From Marsupella aquatica (Eukaryota > Plantae > Marchantiophyta), in the NCBI GenBank assembly GCA_973895155.1, contig OZ316892.1, positions 2,049,223 through 2,113,222 on the forward strand: a stretch of DNA of 64,000 nucleotides, written 5' to 3'. The notes under the pieces were generated by a model. That model searched no databases and was not told the DNA's origin. It saw nothing but the letters and a program-made list of their open reading frames with translations. This document shows, one piece after another, positions 49,021 to 63,700 of the stretch. Position 1 is the stretch's first letter, and each line of letters starts with the position of its first letter. A program made the position numbers and the translations under genes.

Positions 49021-52000
49021 ACAACTAACACCTACTGGGCAGTGAATTGAAAAGCCAGCTGGCCAATTTGTGACACTTGTTTTGCACAGAGAATTGTAGC
49101 AAGCAATGGGAATTTTTAGTTCTCACCCAACGAGCGAGGCAACGAGCGAGGATTGGGAAGGATTCTCTTGGCTCACCTGAATCAGCAGGTTGACAAGTGG
49201 CCATCAGGAGTCCCCCTAATTGCACATCAAAAACCTAGAGCCAGAGTCAGATACTTATGTAGAATCACTGAGTGATATAAACAAACAGTTTTTTACGAAC
49301 CTAAATACTTGCGTTAATAAGCATGGTATCAAGTGACATAGTATGCCATATATTATCATATCACATTTCGATGTGCAACCGGTGCATGGGTTGAAGGACG
49401 GTGAAGAATGTTCAATCACAATTCTTGAATCCCCCCTTAGACAAATACTTTCATATATTGTACTTTGTTTTAAAAAAATACATTAATAATATGAAAAACT
49501 TTCCTTTGTGTTTTCATTCATGCAAATTAGATCTAAACTCTTAGATTTTAGGATCTAGGAGTCCAATGCACTATTGTCCTTATAGCCTTTCCATTGTTAT
49601 AATTAATGTTGCAATTAATTTATCATTGAGGCGTGCCATCTCAATTGTTGTGGTCATCTCATTCTTGTGGCCATTGTGTCATTAGTCAATGATGTTATTG
49701 CAAAGAAGAACTTAGGATCTAGGGTTAATGTTTCTTCAAAAGAATACTCCACAGAGGAATAGAAAAAATAAGAAAATTTCTACTCTCAACAAATTTAATT
49801 TTTAAATCACATTTTTAGAAATAGTGTCTTTTCAACCTGCTTTTCAATTTAAAACTCTGATGTGTCTGGCTCTCTTTCTATCATTTCCTTTATGTGAATG
49901 GGGGCAAGCATATGTACAGTTGTTTTTGAATGTGATGTGAGCCTAGTTAGATTTTCTTTCCAGGTCACCCACTTACCCAAAAATCTAGCCCCATGTTGAA
50001 TCAACTTACACTTAATTTCAAAAGACCTTAAGATTAGAATCTTTTTAGAGATGTCGGTGAGTGTGTCGGTGCAAGTGCATCTATGCCCTAAGGTAGGATT
50101 TCTTGTTTACAACATTTTACTAACCTGTACCCCAAACTACCTGATATTACTAACTTGCCCCCCAAACAAAAATGGGAACAAAAATAATTATAATAATCTT
50201 TTTCCTATTCTGGTCAGTATTAATTTGCATATGGCAGGGTATATGGGTTCCCATTGCCATATGGGAGGTCAGCATTCGCTAGCGTTAACCGGCTGCCATT
50301 CCCCCAGCCCCCTTCCCTGGTGTATTTTCTTGAGTAAAACTGAGGGCCCAAAGTTCCGGGTTTTTGTGAGGGGAGTTGGAGCAAAATGACCTATATTTGC
50401 CCCTCCCAGACCTGCAACTGTGCCCTGCAACAGGGAAGGGGAAGGGGGGCTGAGGGGGTGGTTAAAGATAGCCAATAGGGAGTTGCCACATGGCATCAGG
50501 AACGCGTATGCTATTTAACTCTGAAGTGACAATAATTAATTTTGTTTGGGAGCATGTTAATAATATGGAGTAGTTTTGGGGACAAGTTAAGTAAAAATTG
50601 TTCTGGTTTATCTTACTTTCACCAAATCTGATGGCTAGGGCACTTTATTATTTAAATCCAATAGTCAAAATGAGTACACTCCAAAAGTGCACTTTGTAAA
50701 GTACAATTAGGGGAAAAGGGTGTGATCGGAAATTCCTTGAATTCATTATCCTGGTTTCATGTAAACCACTTTGAATTATTTGTAGACCTTCTTTCTATTC
50801 CACATTATTCCCAATTTGAAATTGGCACAAACAGGAATCGGGACAGGAATGAGCACACATTCAAGTCTCCCTCAATAAAAGTTATCACAGAAATTGTGAT
50901 TAGATTGTGTGATGTGAGACATGGACTCCACATTTTGATTGGTAGAGACCATGCAGAATTGGACTAAGATTCAACAAGAAAATTCCTTACTCACATACTA
51001 CCCCACATTTCTTTGCATGAACTGTCCTTATTGCCCAAGCTAGGGACAAATTTTACTCTTACTTTGGGCTTGAACATAAATAGATGTAAGCAAAAACAAT
51101 TCTGTCAGATAGGAATATAATTTATTTTTAAATTCAGCTCGTTGTGTATTAAGATCAAATATTTGTACTCTTAGTTTACTACAATACAAATAAAGAATTT
51201 AGTTCCAGGATGCTACAAGATATCCAATCACATGGGCTAAAAATATGTGTTCCTCTCGTGTTGAATTTTTTCTATCTTTTTGCAAGAGAAGGGAAACCTT
51301 TGGTGTGCAACTGGGTGAGGCCTGTAGGTGGGCTCAAGTGTCTTATCTTGAAATTGAAACTTAGTTTACTGAGCAACAAAGAGTCAAACACCCTTTATCT
51401 GTATTTGATCATTAATTTGTTCCAGTCTAGCTTTATTTCCAACATAAAATGAAGAGTCATCTACAGGCTCTAGAAGGCCAATGCCACAAAGACTATGGCA
51501 CCCAGATGGCATGGTTATGCAACCAACTGACAGGTGATTTGTGACCACCGGTCTCTAAATACAAAGCATCACATTTGTATACTCTTGTCTACCACTTGTG
51601 CATTGCATTCTTGTAGTTGCAGTCATGTGGCCATTGTGATGACATAGTCATTGCAACCATGTTGTTGTTGGTGTGGCATGCGCATTGCACAGAAAGTTTT
51701 AAAAGTGGGGCAAAGAAGTGTGTAACTAAGGAAATGTTTCAAGTCAAGTTGTGCAGTCATGTTGTGGCTGCAGAATTTTGTCATTTCAGTTGAATGGGTG
51801 GTTGTACCAGAAATGTTGTCACTTGGTTGCAAAATTTTGTCATTTTGGTTGGGTGATTTGTACCGGAAGTGTTGTCATTCTGGTTGATGTTGTTGCAAAA
51901 TTGATGTTACTAGCCCCGATGACCCGTTCCTTGAACGTAAATAGATATGCAGGAAAATCTTGCACTTTATAATTTATATGCTATTTTGGTTAGTCTTTGA

Positions 52001-52379
52001 TTCATCCTTGTTAGTTGTCCATCCTCATTTCAATTTTGCCTTTATTTAGAGTCAATGTCACTTTTGTCCTCGTTTAAAATTTTGACCTCTCACCCGCGTT
52101 TCTCTTCTACTATAGGTGCTCCATTGGGTCTTTCTATTTTACGTGTTATTATTATTAAGGTGTAGAAACCTTTATGTTGTGACATATTATTCTTTACTAG
52201 GGCTACTTGCACAATTGCAATTTATCCTCTAGTAGCTACATACAGTTAGCTGATTTGTCAAGACAAAAAAGACCCTTCCTTTGGCTCCCCATTGGAGACT
52301 AAAAAAAACCATGGAAACCATCTGACCACTGGCGTTGGATCACTCCTTTCAAGTATGTCAAGGGACAATGGAATATATA

Positions 52380-53240
52380 TGTAAGAGTGCAAAAGCACAA
52401 AAACACCAACAAAAACACCAAACCGGGAGACAGGGTCCCAAAGGCAAAGAAACCCTATAAAGGGGAAAAGGGAGGGGACAAAGCCCAAAGAAGACCGAAG
52501 AGACCCAAAAGCTAAGCTCAAAGCCAAGGGGTCCCCCACAACCAAAAGGAAACAACCAACCAGAGATACCACTAAGTGGCCTAGTAGTATAACAATATTT
52601 TGGGCAGAAAAAGGGAAAGTCTGGTAGAGCTCCAAAGTAAGCTCCAAAGTAAACTACATAGGAGGGTGACAAAGTGAAATCTGTCTAGAGTCCCTAAAAC
52701 CAACTGTCTTGGCTCTACAAAGGATACTGTATGCTTGATCCCTGTGAAGTGCATGGATACCCTCTGTCTAAAGGAGGTGGTGAGGACAGAGACAGGGGGA
52801 TAAGGCCTCCCCTGAATATAAAAAACCGCACAAGCCCTAAGGAACTGGTCAAACATAGGCCTCTTCCTTGAGCCAGCATCCTTGGCTGCTGCATGGCCTG
52901 GAACATGAGCAGCAACCACAACGTGGCCTGGATCTGCAACAACCACATCATCAAGAAAACAAACTCCAGCCCAAGAAAAGACCAAATCGACATGTCACCG
53001 ATCAGGCACACCATCACATACGGGGAGGAATGTTGTTGCCAGTAGCAACATGGTATCCAGAGTCCCGGACAATGGCTGCCTCTCACAAATGTTATCATGT
53101 GTTGCAGTATGTCCACTCACTCTTGTGGCCACACCTGAGAATATGGACTCCTCCCAGATTCCAAAGTCGCCCCACATACACAAGTGGGTTGACCGAGGAG
53201 GCAAGGGGGTGAGGTAGTCCAAGGCAAAGGCGCATACATG
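52380..53240 (-). pseudogene. 3' fragment of a non-LTR retrotransposon with CCHC finger and restriction-like endonuclease (CRE-like)
   Basis: Frame-shifted MRLCLGLPHPL, C-x-C...GVHILRCGH...HD, then VDLVF...DDVVVADP, HAAAKDA, FRQRVS, followed by a pyrimidine-rich 3' tail. Confidence 0.65.
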
Positions 53241-53877
53241 TAGTAAAGAGTTAAATTAATTTGTTGCACTTTTCCTACAATGTGCAAAACTTTTACTCAG
53301 TTGTGTATATGAATCAAAAAGTCCCAGAGAAATATGTTAAAATATCTGGTAAGGTTTTAATTTGGTATTGATAACAATTTCCTTACAAGGTCTTTTTTAA
53401 CTTTTTGTCACATCCTTAGCAGCATCGTAATGAATATCTGATTAAAGGTATTCCTGTCTCGGAACAATAATTTTGTTTTTTGTGAATTCAACAAAGGCTA
53501 TTTAGTGGGACATCATCTGTGAAACGGATTTTAAGAGAATCTGGACCACTAGAATGGAAAGGTGGGAGCAGGTTTTCCTGCTCGCATGCATGCAGCACAT
53601 GGGTGCAATTGAAGGAGGAATAATATTAATCCATGTGGCAATGTAAGCACACCGAAAGAAGCACAGGCTTTGCACCTAGCAAAGTGGCCCGTTAAAATTA
53701 TATGTATCTCAGTTCCAATCGACAAAAACCGCGAAAGCCCTAAAGCGAGGATCCCAAAGGCATGAGACCAATAAAGGTTTTGGTGTTTGCATCCGAAAGG
53801 CACCACATCCAATAAAGGTTTTTGGGTTTGCAGTGGCCCGGTTGTGTTGTTAACTGTCGACCGTTTTGCTTCTATTC

Positions 53878-54056
53878 CAGTGTACTTTGTCCTTGTTTGG
53901 TAGTTTTTAGTAAATTGGTCCTTCTTCAAAAAATATTGTAAGGGGGCAACCAAGGAAAATGTTTACCTTTTTTGCTTTTACTTCAGTGTACTTTGTGCTT
54001 ATTTGATATTTTTTAGTAAATTGGTCCTTTTTTCAAAAATATTTTAAGGGGGCAAA
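53878..54056 (+). repeat. ~107-bp imperfect tandem duplication
   Basis: cagtgtactttgt.ctt.tttg...tttttagtaaattggtcctt...caaaaatatt.taagggggcaa occurs twice. Confidence 0.75.
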
Positions 54057-54703
54057 GAAGGGAAAAACCAAAAGGGTACCTTGGATGTTGCTTTTTTTGG
54101 GACATAGATTTCCTGAGATCTAAGTTTTCTGAGCTCTAGACAATGCCCTACTTTGAACTAATGAGATGACATTGAAAACTCAAAAAATTCCAAAAAACAC
54201 CATATTCTTTCAATAAACCATAACTTTTTATTGAAACTTGTGATTTAATCTGAGCCAATTTTGTAAGTGTGTCCCTTTATCCTCCCACTTCCCCCAAACA
54301 CACCGCCATGGGCGCTCTTTTAAAATAGTGCGCCCCGGGCTTGGAAGTCAAGTTTTGCCTATCTGTTTTATATTCTATACAGTAGTGTTCAAAATGGATG
54401 TTGTGCTTGAATATTGACATTGTCATATGATTCATGAATGTTGTATCTTTTGTGCTCAACATTGACTAAATTAAAGTCAAAACTCAGACATAATGCCCAA
54501 ACATTTGGTTAGATAGACGTAGTGTTTGAGTTCAAATGTCTTTTTGTCATTGGACCGGAAAACATTCCATTTACAAACACAGTATTTGGGCAAGACTGTA
54601 GTTGTGCACCCTTCCTTCCCTCTCAGAGGGGGTTAAAGTTCTGTCACCTTAACTTTTGGGTGGAGGTCCCGTCCTCCCTTTCCCCCTTGAAGCTACATTT
54701 GCA

Positions 54704-55132
54704 AGCAATCTCCAACCCAACTGGGTTTTGCTATTGTAACTGGGTGTTGACTAAACCCAGTAAAGAAAATCAAAAAACTCAGGTCCAACCCATTCACTGT
54801 AAAGAAAATCTAAAATTCAGGTCTAACCCATTCAGTGTAACGCTATCTGGATTTCAAGAATGGGGTTTTTGGTTATAGATCAATTATACAGTAGTCGACT
54901 CAGTTGACTCCATACTGGGGTTAGTTACTGGATGACACAGACTGGGTATTTAATGTACCCACTAAACAAAACCCCATTGGAGATGCAGACTGGGTATTTC
55001 TTGTACCCACTAAACAAAACCCCTTTGGAGATGCTCTAAGTGCTAGTTTTGAACATCAAACGCCAATGTTACCCACTAAACAAAACCCCTTTGAAGATGC
55101 TCTGAGTGCTAATTTTGAACATCAACGCCAAC
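54704..55132. mobile_element. Tourist/PIF-Harbinger-like MITE with locally triplicated right end
   Basis: Left agcaatctccaa (~54704), right ttggagatgctct (~55025-55037); tacccactaaacaaaacccc..tg.agatgc present three times (~54956, 55004, 55070). Confidence 0.55.
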
Positions 55133-56139
55133 GTCATTTCTTTTCAGCGGATTGTGAAACACAATTCGATTATTAATATAAATAAATAAAACAATTCGAT
55201 TGGTTACATCCGCAAGTGATAGTTTGAGTATCAACGACATTTGTTCTCAATGCTGGTTTTGAGTGTCAACGACATGTGTTTTCAGCAAATTGTGGGGAAC
55301 AGTTGCGTGATGGAGAAATGGATTCGCTTGCGAATGTCATGATTTGGCTTCGGCTACGCCATTGACACGTTCAGCTCTCGAATGTATGGGGACGGGCCTA
55401 CTGTAGTCCCCTGCGCTACAGTCGAAGATCCTCATTCTGCAATTACAAATATTATAATCTGGATTCGACTGCTGTTAATGATGCTCAGCTCCCGAACCTC
55501 TTTCCAATCGCACGGGAATGGGTTCAGTATGGTGGGCTACGCTCGCAGCTGCGTTCTTCGCTCCTCCACTGATTCCAAATGGTCCGAAAGTAGTTCCATC
55601 TCTAACCAGCATGGCTTGCTGTCAGCAAGTGCGTCAGTTGACACCGATGAAATAGAATCAGCGCTTTTTCATGTGATTGAACGAGGTGGCCTGTCCTGGC
55701 TCCCGCAAATCCTGTCAATTCAATTTAGATAGTTTGCAGAGTTCACCATCGCAACGACGTGATGGATGAGATATTACGTGTTACCGTGTTTCGACCGTAT
55801 CGGCCTGCTTTCGAATCTGTTCTTCGTAATGAAATTGTGCTGCAGACGTAATCACATGTCACCCAACGCTAAACCGGAGGTAAGGGCTGAAAAGGTGCCG
55901 CATCTTGAGGATCGCTTGTATTCCAATTCTACAACTCATAGGGTTGTGAAAGCGATGAAAAGTCCGGTTTGTAGAGAGTGGGCCACTCCACTACCCCTTC
56001 ATGACATACAGTCATGACGATTTCGGACTAGAGATACAAAAAACTTTTGTTTTGCCTCGGAAAACCAAAAGAATGGATACAAAAAACTTTCGTCATCACA
56101 CGGACCTCGCTATACCTGACATTCATATTGAAATACAGT

Positions 56140-56338
56140 GTGGCAAAGAGCTATCCTGTGGATTGAAATGGAAGGACCAGACAGTTATGTTAAGATAAAA
56201 TATAATTACGGCAAAGATCTACCTGTAAATTGACATGAACTGACCAAACATCTATGTTGAAGTACAACATGGCAAAGCTCTACCTGCAAATTGACTTGAA
56301 AGGACCAAACATCTATGCTGAAATACAATATGGCAAAG
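56140..56338 (+). repeat. ~61-bp degenerate tandem repeat (~3 copies)
   Basis: ggcaaag..ctacctg.aaattgac.tgaa..gaccaaacatctatg.tgaa.tacaa repeated. Confidence 0.75.
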
Positions 56339-57110
56339 AATACAGTCCAGCTGACTAGTCCCTTTGCAGAGAATTCCAACTCAGGTAACACACAAAGGAC
56401 AGTGAAAATCATGCATTGCTAGAGGGGAGAACGTATTCATGTTCCCACCAGACAAAATTTTCTTAACAACAACGTTTCGAGAGATCTCTCATTATATTTC
56501 TGTACAAGAAGTCCATTTGGATTACAAGAGATTCCGCCTCAAACAGGGCTAGAATCATTCAGATCTATATTACATCTGGCAGCTCCGACTGGTAAATTAC
56601 GGAAGTTCGTAGATCAAGCTCAGCCATCGCTCAGAAGACGATGATCCACGATAGTTCGAAGTTATTTAGGGAGGGAACCATACTTCATCACTTTTCCGAT
56701 AACCCAGCATCAATCGCTCAGAAGACGATGATCCACGATCGTTCGGACCCAGTTAGAGGTGAAACCCATATTACCGCCCTTTCCCAAATACTCCAGCTGC
56801 TTCGGACCTAAACCGTCTTAGTATAACTTCGATAACAAATCTTTCATTGATCCACAACGGTTTATAACATTTCGCATGGAGAATATCACACACCGGCATT
56901 TCCGGTGCGAATCCGAGCTTTACCAAGCCGCGAGTGCTATTTCACCCTCGGGCCTGAGATGGCACCATCACAACAGAGAGCACATATGCTTTACAAAGGT
57001 CGGCAAAAAAGTCGAGACACGCGAGAGGGCCTGCTTTGCAGCCCATGCAGCCGGGAATGATGTGGCCTCCAAACTGCTGTTGTCAATTAACAGCTGTGTC
57101 TTGAAACAAC

Positions 57111-60100
57111 CTATGCACTGAAACCTTCTGTCAGAGGCTGCCATGTTCCATGACCATAAGTGCTCCTTCTGCAGGCCTCCTCCGCAGCATGGCTCACTTT
57201 CTCAATTTCGGCACCAGCATTGCAAATATTGGCAAAGGCCCGCATATGCTTCATTCCATATTGAGTCAACTGTCCGCACCTGCTCTCAAATTTCCGCACC
57301 TGGAGGACAAAACCAGAGTTAATTACAGGTCGTTGTAAATCTCAGGTGTCTTTTAAAGACAATTATCGATTCCAAGCAAGTTATTCACCAGAATGATGTG
57401 AACGAACTCTGCTAGTAGGATCTACTGACTTCTAACATGGCAAGATATTCCACAGCTACGTCCAAAAGCGGTAAAAACGACAACAACTTGTGATGAGTAG
57501 AACAATCGATTCTGGGACAAAACCGTACCACTTGCTTCATGCAGTCCCAGTCGTCTACCAGAGGATGTCCACTGGGAACAACATAGTCCAGTACTAATGA
57601 ACTCTCAACTCCAAAAAGCAACTCGCCCATCAGTTGCACACTTGTGTCGAGATGCAGGCGGTGAGATATGGTATCCATCAATTTCTTCCCAGCCTCCAGC
57701 TTGCGGGTCGATCCTTCAGCAGCATTGCTGAACTGTACATGCCGATCGGTAAAAAGTCAAGGGCCGGTTGTTTTCACGGAAATAAAATTATTTGTCAAAT
57801 CTCGCAATCAAAAGCTCCTTTCAAGTCACTTGCAAAACTATCCCATGTGCTACCCTTCACCCCCTCATGTGAGCAGAGACTGATGGAGAAACTCTTCACA
57901 TCAAGACTCAAATTTACCCCTCACGGAAGCATTGACCCATCGAATTGGCGAGATCTGTCCATCGAAAGGACAAATTTAAACGGAAGCTATTGAGACAAAG
58001 CCCTCGCAGGTCAATTACCTTAGTCCACAAATGAACCATATCAGCGTCACGCTGGCTAATGCCAAGTCCTCCAGATTCAAGCTTATTCTCAGCCAGCCAG
58101 TCCGAAAACGCTGGAAATCTGATCTTTTCGTTCGCTGGATCGAAGCCAAGGTACAGAGAAAGCTGGTCTGTGTTTTGCTGCAGATCACCGTACTGCATGA
58201 CGTGTGATCCTGACCTGTATGTGTTGTGGTTCGAAGTTCTCGTCTTCACCTGATGGAGCAAGCCAAAACCGAATATCAGTACATAGTCGTGATGATCGTC
58301 CGATCAATATCATACACTTTGATCGGATCAAAATGGAAGCAACTCCAGTTTGAAGTAAGAAGCACGAAAGACTTTTGACATAGCTATCAGGAAGCCTGTC
58401 GTCCACTTCATCAGACGTACAAAACCCATGAATCACCCGGAGCACAATCGATCCCAAGTCACTCGTTCCAGAACCAGACACTGAAGATAGTTGTGCAGAA
58501 GCGCATGACAACATGGAAGAACATTTTCAGTCGGCTAAGAATTGGAGCCTGGAATTCCACATCCCAGGACAACGCAACAACAGCGAAAGATAGTTCGTGT
58601 TACACTTACGATGCCGTATTGATCTGCCAAAGTTTCCTGCTTCAGGTTCTGGATCTCAGAATCTTCCATCCAAGCGACACTGTAGAGATCACCAAGGCAG
58701 GTCTCAAACTCCGGCGGGGGAGGAGGGATCATTCCTGGGCAGTACGTTCCCCAGCTACTCTCGTCAGCGTTGGACGCGGTGGTTACGTAAACATTCCAGC
58801 CTTTCGGAAGAAGTCCTTCAAAGATGCTTCCGCTCTCGCATGCTTCCAAGTAGAAAACCAGCTTCGAGTACGCGTTAGCCTCGTGCTTCCTCCTAAGAAC
58901 GTCGATCAAATCCACCGCATACAAATTGGGTGTGGTAGGCATGCCTGCGATGAGAGCACAGAGTTTCAGCACGTATACAAGAGCATTCGGCAATAGGAAT
59001 TCTCCCTCAAACGGTAGCGGGTCAGACAATCTTCGATACTAGGATAAACTTGGCTCTGCTGAAAGCTAAATGTATATCAAAGACATCCCATGGCCGGAAT
59101 TAATATCTTAGCTAACATTACAGGCCAAAGATAAAGATGTTAGTAAACATTAGCTGGTAACATAATGGAGAGGAGGCTAAGACATTAGAAGTACTAACAA
59201 ATTCGCTCACACGAAAGATAAGGCATCCTACTACATCTCGAGGCTGGATTAGCAGTTCGGCTGAAACTGATAGGGAGGAGCTAACAACGTCCTGTCTGAC
59301 TTTGACGCCCACGGTCCATAGCAGGAACTCGAAGTACAGAGTGGCCACGTACCGAGAACACCTGGACCTCCGTGGTCAGTGTAATAGATGAAGATGTGGT
59401 CATCGGGACCACTGTCAACCACCTTCCCACTGCCGCCTTTGAGAGCAGCCTTATCCCCGAGGATGACAGCGAAGAGGTTACCGACAGTCACTTCTTTACC
59501 GGTGTAGTCCTACAACATACAATCCAACCAACGGCAAATTGTTAAGACAGTTTTGAGTAGTCTACCACGGGCATATGGAAATCAATGATCGCGACTAGAA
59601 ACGCCACATCATCCCCTGACCCCTCCCAAAGCAGGACAAGCATCAAGACAGTCCTACCCTCCCAGTGATGCATGTAAATCACATTGGCAAGCGATTGGGC
59701 AGAAGAGCCGGTCCTCACCTTGGGCACGCCTTCGTACAAATCGCTGCCGTGAGGAGAATTGATAACCTGCCCAGGACGCGGGTTCTCCGGGTTGTTCGCA
59801 ATGTCGTCATACATGAACACGATAATGTTCTCCTCCTTCACACCATTCCTCCTTAGAATTTGGTATGCATGACACACATCCGCCTGCCAAACCAAGCCGA
59901 CGTCAGAAAGACCCATAAGTAAAATCTATGCCGCCAATTCTGAAGAAAATAACACCGAACGAGTCCTACAGCCTGGCTGAATTGTGAAAGAACCAACCTA
60001 CGTCGATCTTTCTAGGACACCAGAGCTTATGCAACCTTTTCCCTCAGACCACAGAATAGTCAACCCCAACAACCCGCACAGGAAACGTTGCCTTCACAAG

Positions 60101-60703
60101 CTTTGAGCCACCACATACGGAGGACAGATAAAACAGAGCCAAGTCAAGGAGTAGAACCCACATCCTCAACGCGCCAGTCCTTCCATGCAAATTTCCTCAT
60201 GCTTCTTGACATACACCTAAAATCGTTCCCACTCTCTCCACGGAAGAATTGAATGCTACGACACGACTATGAACTGCGGAGGAAACGGTGTAGAGAAATC
60301 CACTGCACGGATATCGAGATGATAGACAAGACCGGAGGAGATTGTAGACAGGAAGCTGCCTAATCAAACTCGTTTCTTGACTAATAATTCGACTCCGTCT
60401 TTCCCACTGGTACACCAGGACGTTTTCAGCACCATTAGCCTCTTCACACAACCTGCACTAGACACTGGTAAGGAGTCTCTCCACAGTCCAACCAACCTGA
60501 TGGCGGTAGTTCCAGTATCCATTAGAGCCCGCAATGAGAACAGCCCAACGGGTCCCGGCGAACTCCACATCGTCAGCTACTGCCTGTTCAAGATCGGTTG
60601 GCATCTTAATCCTCCAATCATCGAGGCCAAGGCGCGCAGCTCCAGCCGAGGCAGCCAACGCCAGCAAAACACACAACACCGTGACGGTCCTCATCTCTAC
60701 CAT
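57111..60703 (-). CDS. VPE: vacuolar processing enzyme / legumain (peptidase C13, asparaginyl endopeptidase), multi-exon
   Basis: Signal peptide, [33 protein letters not shown], catalytic YYTDHGGPG and [54 protein letters not shown]; ends GFSA-TAG. Confidence 0.97.
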
Positions 60704-63700
60704 CACTACTCTCCACTCCGCCTTGCGAGCTCGGGCGCGCGTTACTGCTCCTTGGAGGCAAGGGTTTTAATTCTAGAAACAGGAACCCACCCAATGAATC
60801 TAACAATGCGAAGCAGGGCACTCACTGCACCGATATACCCGGCGATGCAAATCGCCCTCGCATTGACTGAACTCTCCTCTCTCGTTCTCGCTGTGTCCCT
60901 CTCTACCTGCTACCGTTCCTCTCTTCCACTTTGCGCTAAAAGGTCCTCCTCCGCTCATTTTAAAGCTCCTCGATGGAGTGCGAAACCCACTCTCCACTCC
61001 ACTGCGGACAAAATCTTCCATGCCTCCTCCCTCCACTCTCGCCCTCCCTTGCTGAGGGGGCGAATTACCGGGCGGCCGCTAGCTAGTAGACACAACAACC
61101 CAGAATGGACGCTTCCGAACATTGACATGAGCGTACCGTATGAATCAACGTAATAATACTACGTTCGAGCTGATCGTACAAGCAACGGCAGCGTACGCAA
61201 ACGAGAGCACCAACATACTGTAGGTTTTTCCAAGGTACTCGCCCACACTAATGGAAGAACGGGCGGGCCCAAGCCAATTTTTTAAGTGCGAATTTTAGCC
61301 AAATTCTCCCTCCCCAAAAAAATTTTAAATCACTTTTGGTTATTCGTTACATTTATCTGATACCATTAGCCACTCTTCCATCAAATCATGGACCCCATTA
61401 ACTAGAATCTAAAGGCCCTCCTTAAATCTAGGGATATGTGACAATCACAATTTAATTCAGTAAAATCTGACAGAGAATTTTTCTAGAATCTCCTCCCTTA
61501 GAGAAACAAACATTCGCCACACTAGCTAAAAATTAAAAAACCTTAAAAAATACACTGGTGGGCTCGCCATCCCCCTATGCCCCTATTCCCCTAGTCCCAC
61601 AACAAATTTGTAATAGGGTGTCTCAAGGGAATTCGAAGAAACAATGTTGGCCCTAAATTATCAGTTTTGGTCATCCTCAGGATTGTGCGGACATGTATTT
61701 TTTTTGTGTGGGTCACATTGGGAATTTATCTTTGACAGCAATGAGAGGCAGAAATGAGAGATTTGAGTCACTCTACCAGGGCATTTCAATTTAACTCCTT
61801 TTAGGAAGTTTTCTGCCACCAAAATATTTCCGGTTGGGTCACACGACCAGAAATCTGTGGTTCCCACAAAATATGATCATCATTAATTTGCGTGGTCGAT
61901 GCACTCTATAATTCACTCCACATGATATGCATCGCCCTTCAAGAATAGTTTTTGCCCATTCCAAAACTGTCAGCACCCATGACCCGCAGAAAACCCATCT
62001 CAACCCTAAAACTATCTAGGATAAAATTGCCCTCAATTTGGGTTTCCATCTAGGTCATGGACCTAAATTTATTAAAGTAGCTTACTGAAAAAGGTGGGGG
62101 GGGGGGACAGCAAACAGGCGAGACAGCCAAATTTAAATTTCGGGTTCTGCTAGGAATCAAGGATATTAAAAATATTTTCAAAGCAGGTTCCACTGGGAAG
62201 CAAATATATCAAAATCTCACTCGAGGAAGGAGGAGCCAGAGCGGGTCCCGCGAAAATCTTTCCACCAAGACCAGAGCTGTTCGCGCAGTGAACTAACCAA
62301 TTGAAAATCGCATCGAGGAAGGAAGGAAGAGCCTCGGAAGTGGAGGCCTCGAATCCAAGACAGCGGCAGGCGGACGGACATGATGGCCACTGTTGCTAAA
62401 TAGAAATGTGTGCGCTCCAGGTCTCGACACAGCGACGACGCAACGACGGAGTGGAGTAGGACCGGCGACTTTAGTGCGAGAGGGAGGGCTGAGCGATGGA
62501 GGACGCGACAGAGGGGATCGCGGTTGAGTGGTGACGCATCGGAGCCCTCCTTTTTTAATCGAATAACTCATCTTTTAATGTTTCTGGCCTTCAAGGATCG
62601 GAAGCTATCTGCCTCCGGAATCTAATAGGGAGTGTCAAAGTCGTATAGTTCACAGTCTTTGGTAATTCATGAATTGTGACTTGTATTATACTACTGTACT
62701 TTGGTAGCGAGATTCAGATGCGATGCACAAATCCAGATGAGGACGAAAGATATCAAGCACAAAAAGTTTCAAGCTTGGGAAAGATGTCAAGCAAACAGCT
62801 TTAACTATTTGGTCACTAAAATTATTCTAATTGACAATATTATCACATTCTTTTTTTATTTACAAAAATATAAGTTTCATATATGGATGACAAGTTCACC
62901 AAGTTAATTGGGGAACTATATATGGAACCATATTTGTAAATATAAATTAAATAATGGTAGAATTGTAAATTCAAACATCTTTAGTGACAATGTACTTAAA
63001 AGTTGATCAAGCAAACTGATGTTGAGTGGAAAAAATTGTCAAACTGATGTCCAACAACAAAGGTGTCAAAGGAGAAGATGTCTAAGGAAGAAAGCGTCAA
63101 GACAAAAAGATGCAGTGAGAAAAATATGGTAAGCAAAAAAGTTGATGATTGAAAAGAGCTCTTGAATGGAAGTGTTGTTGAGAGAAAGTGTAGTCTAGTG
63201 GAAATGTTTTACAGGAGAAGTGTTGCTGGTCAAAAGTTTCCTCGAGAAAAGTGTTGTAGTGTGGAAAGCAAAGGGAGTAGATCATAGTGGGATGAGTAAG
63301 GGAGGAGAACCTTTAGTGTGAGCTGCAAAGAGACTTATTGCATCCACATCACTGACGGTTGAAACATATGTTACAAATGAAAATAATAGCCAAAAGGTAA
63401 GGGATGAATTATGGACATATATTAAATGAGGACACAGAAGTGTTGGCATGATGGAAAGTAAGTCCTTGTGAAATGTGTAATTATGTTGTGAAAGTGTGTG
63501 AATATATGCAAAACTTTTGACATCACAAACAATGTGCTAACTCATGATATGCTCATTGCAAAAATTGTAGCTTTCCATAGAATCTGTGTTGTCAATGATG
63601 TAGAAGATGATAGACATCATGGTTTGGAATCAGGTGTGGTGGATGCAAGGTGCCAAAGTTCTCATTAGGGCATCTCAAAGCTTCAAACTTGTGGATGATA

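Noticed and set aside
58700-59400. VPE as a peptide ligase (butelase-type)
   Set aside because: Residues at the ligase-determinant positions (SWGTY, HGGPG) are those of ordinary protease-type legumains.
60377-61153. 258-aa plus-strand ORF (also 58493-58996)
   Set aside because: Antisense to VPE exons and its GC-rich 5' region; no domain signal.
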